A stretch of 64,000 nucleotides of DNA. It comes from Felis catus (Eukaryota). Location: assembly GCF_018350175.1 (NCBI RefSeq), contig NC_058368.1, positions 107,510,001 to 107,574,000 of the forward strand, in the 5' to 3' direction. A program made the position numbers and the translations under genes. Positions 63,946 to 64,000 of the stretch are shown here, piece by piece. Below the pieces are notes generated by a model. That model searched no databases, was not told the DNA's origin, and was given only the letters and a program-made list of their open reading frames with translations. Positions within the stretch are counted from its first letter, which is position 1, and every line of letters starts with the position of its first letter.

Positions 63946-64000
63946 GCATAGGAAATTTCTAGGCAAAAGTAAATGTTTATACTGATAAAATTGACAAAAA

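Overview
Mammalian genomic DNA, almost certainly from a cat-family (felid) genome, judged by young SINEC_Fc-type CanSINEs and L1_Fc-type LINEs. The window is AT-rich and dominated by interspersed repeats: five large carnivoran L1s (one full-length with TSDs), about 20 CanSINEs, MaLR/ERV LTRs, and ancient MIR, L2, CR1/L3 and L1M relics. I see no intact protein-coding gene, RNA gene or CRISPR-like system, and nearly all ORF-track entries are repeat-derived or chance. Two things stand out. (1) A series of exon-like segments on the minus strand (about 47.6 kb down to 0.8 kb) has splice sites, partly compatible phases, and scattered stops and 1-nt frameshifts. This suggests a decayed multi-exon gene (unitary pseudogene) that I cannot name. 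(2) A minus-strand L1 has its first ~152 nt joined directly into ORF1 at a splice-like junction, making it a candidate carnivoran spliced integrated L1 (SpIRE). Repeat subfamily names come from recalled motifs, not a database search, and boundaries of old repeats are approximate.
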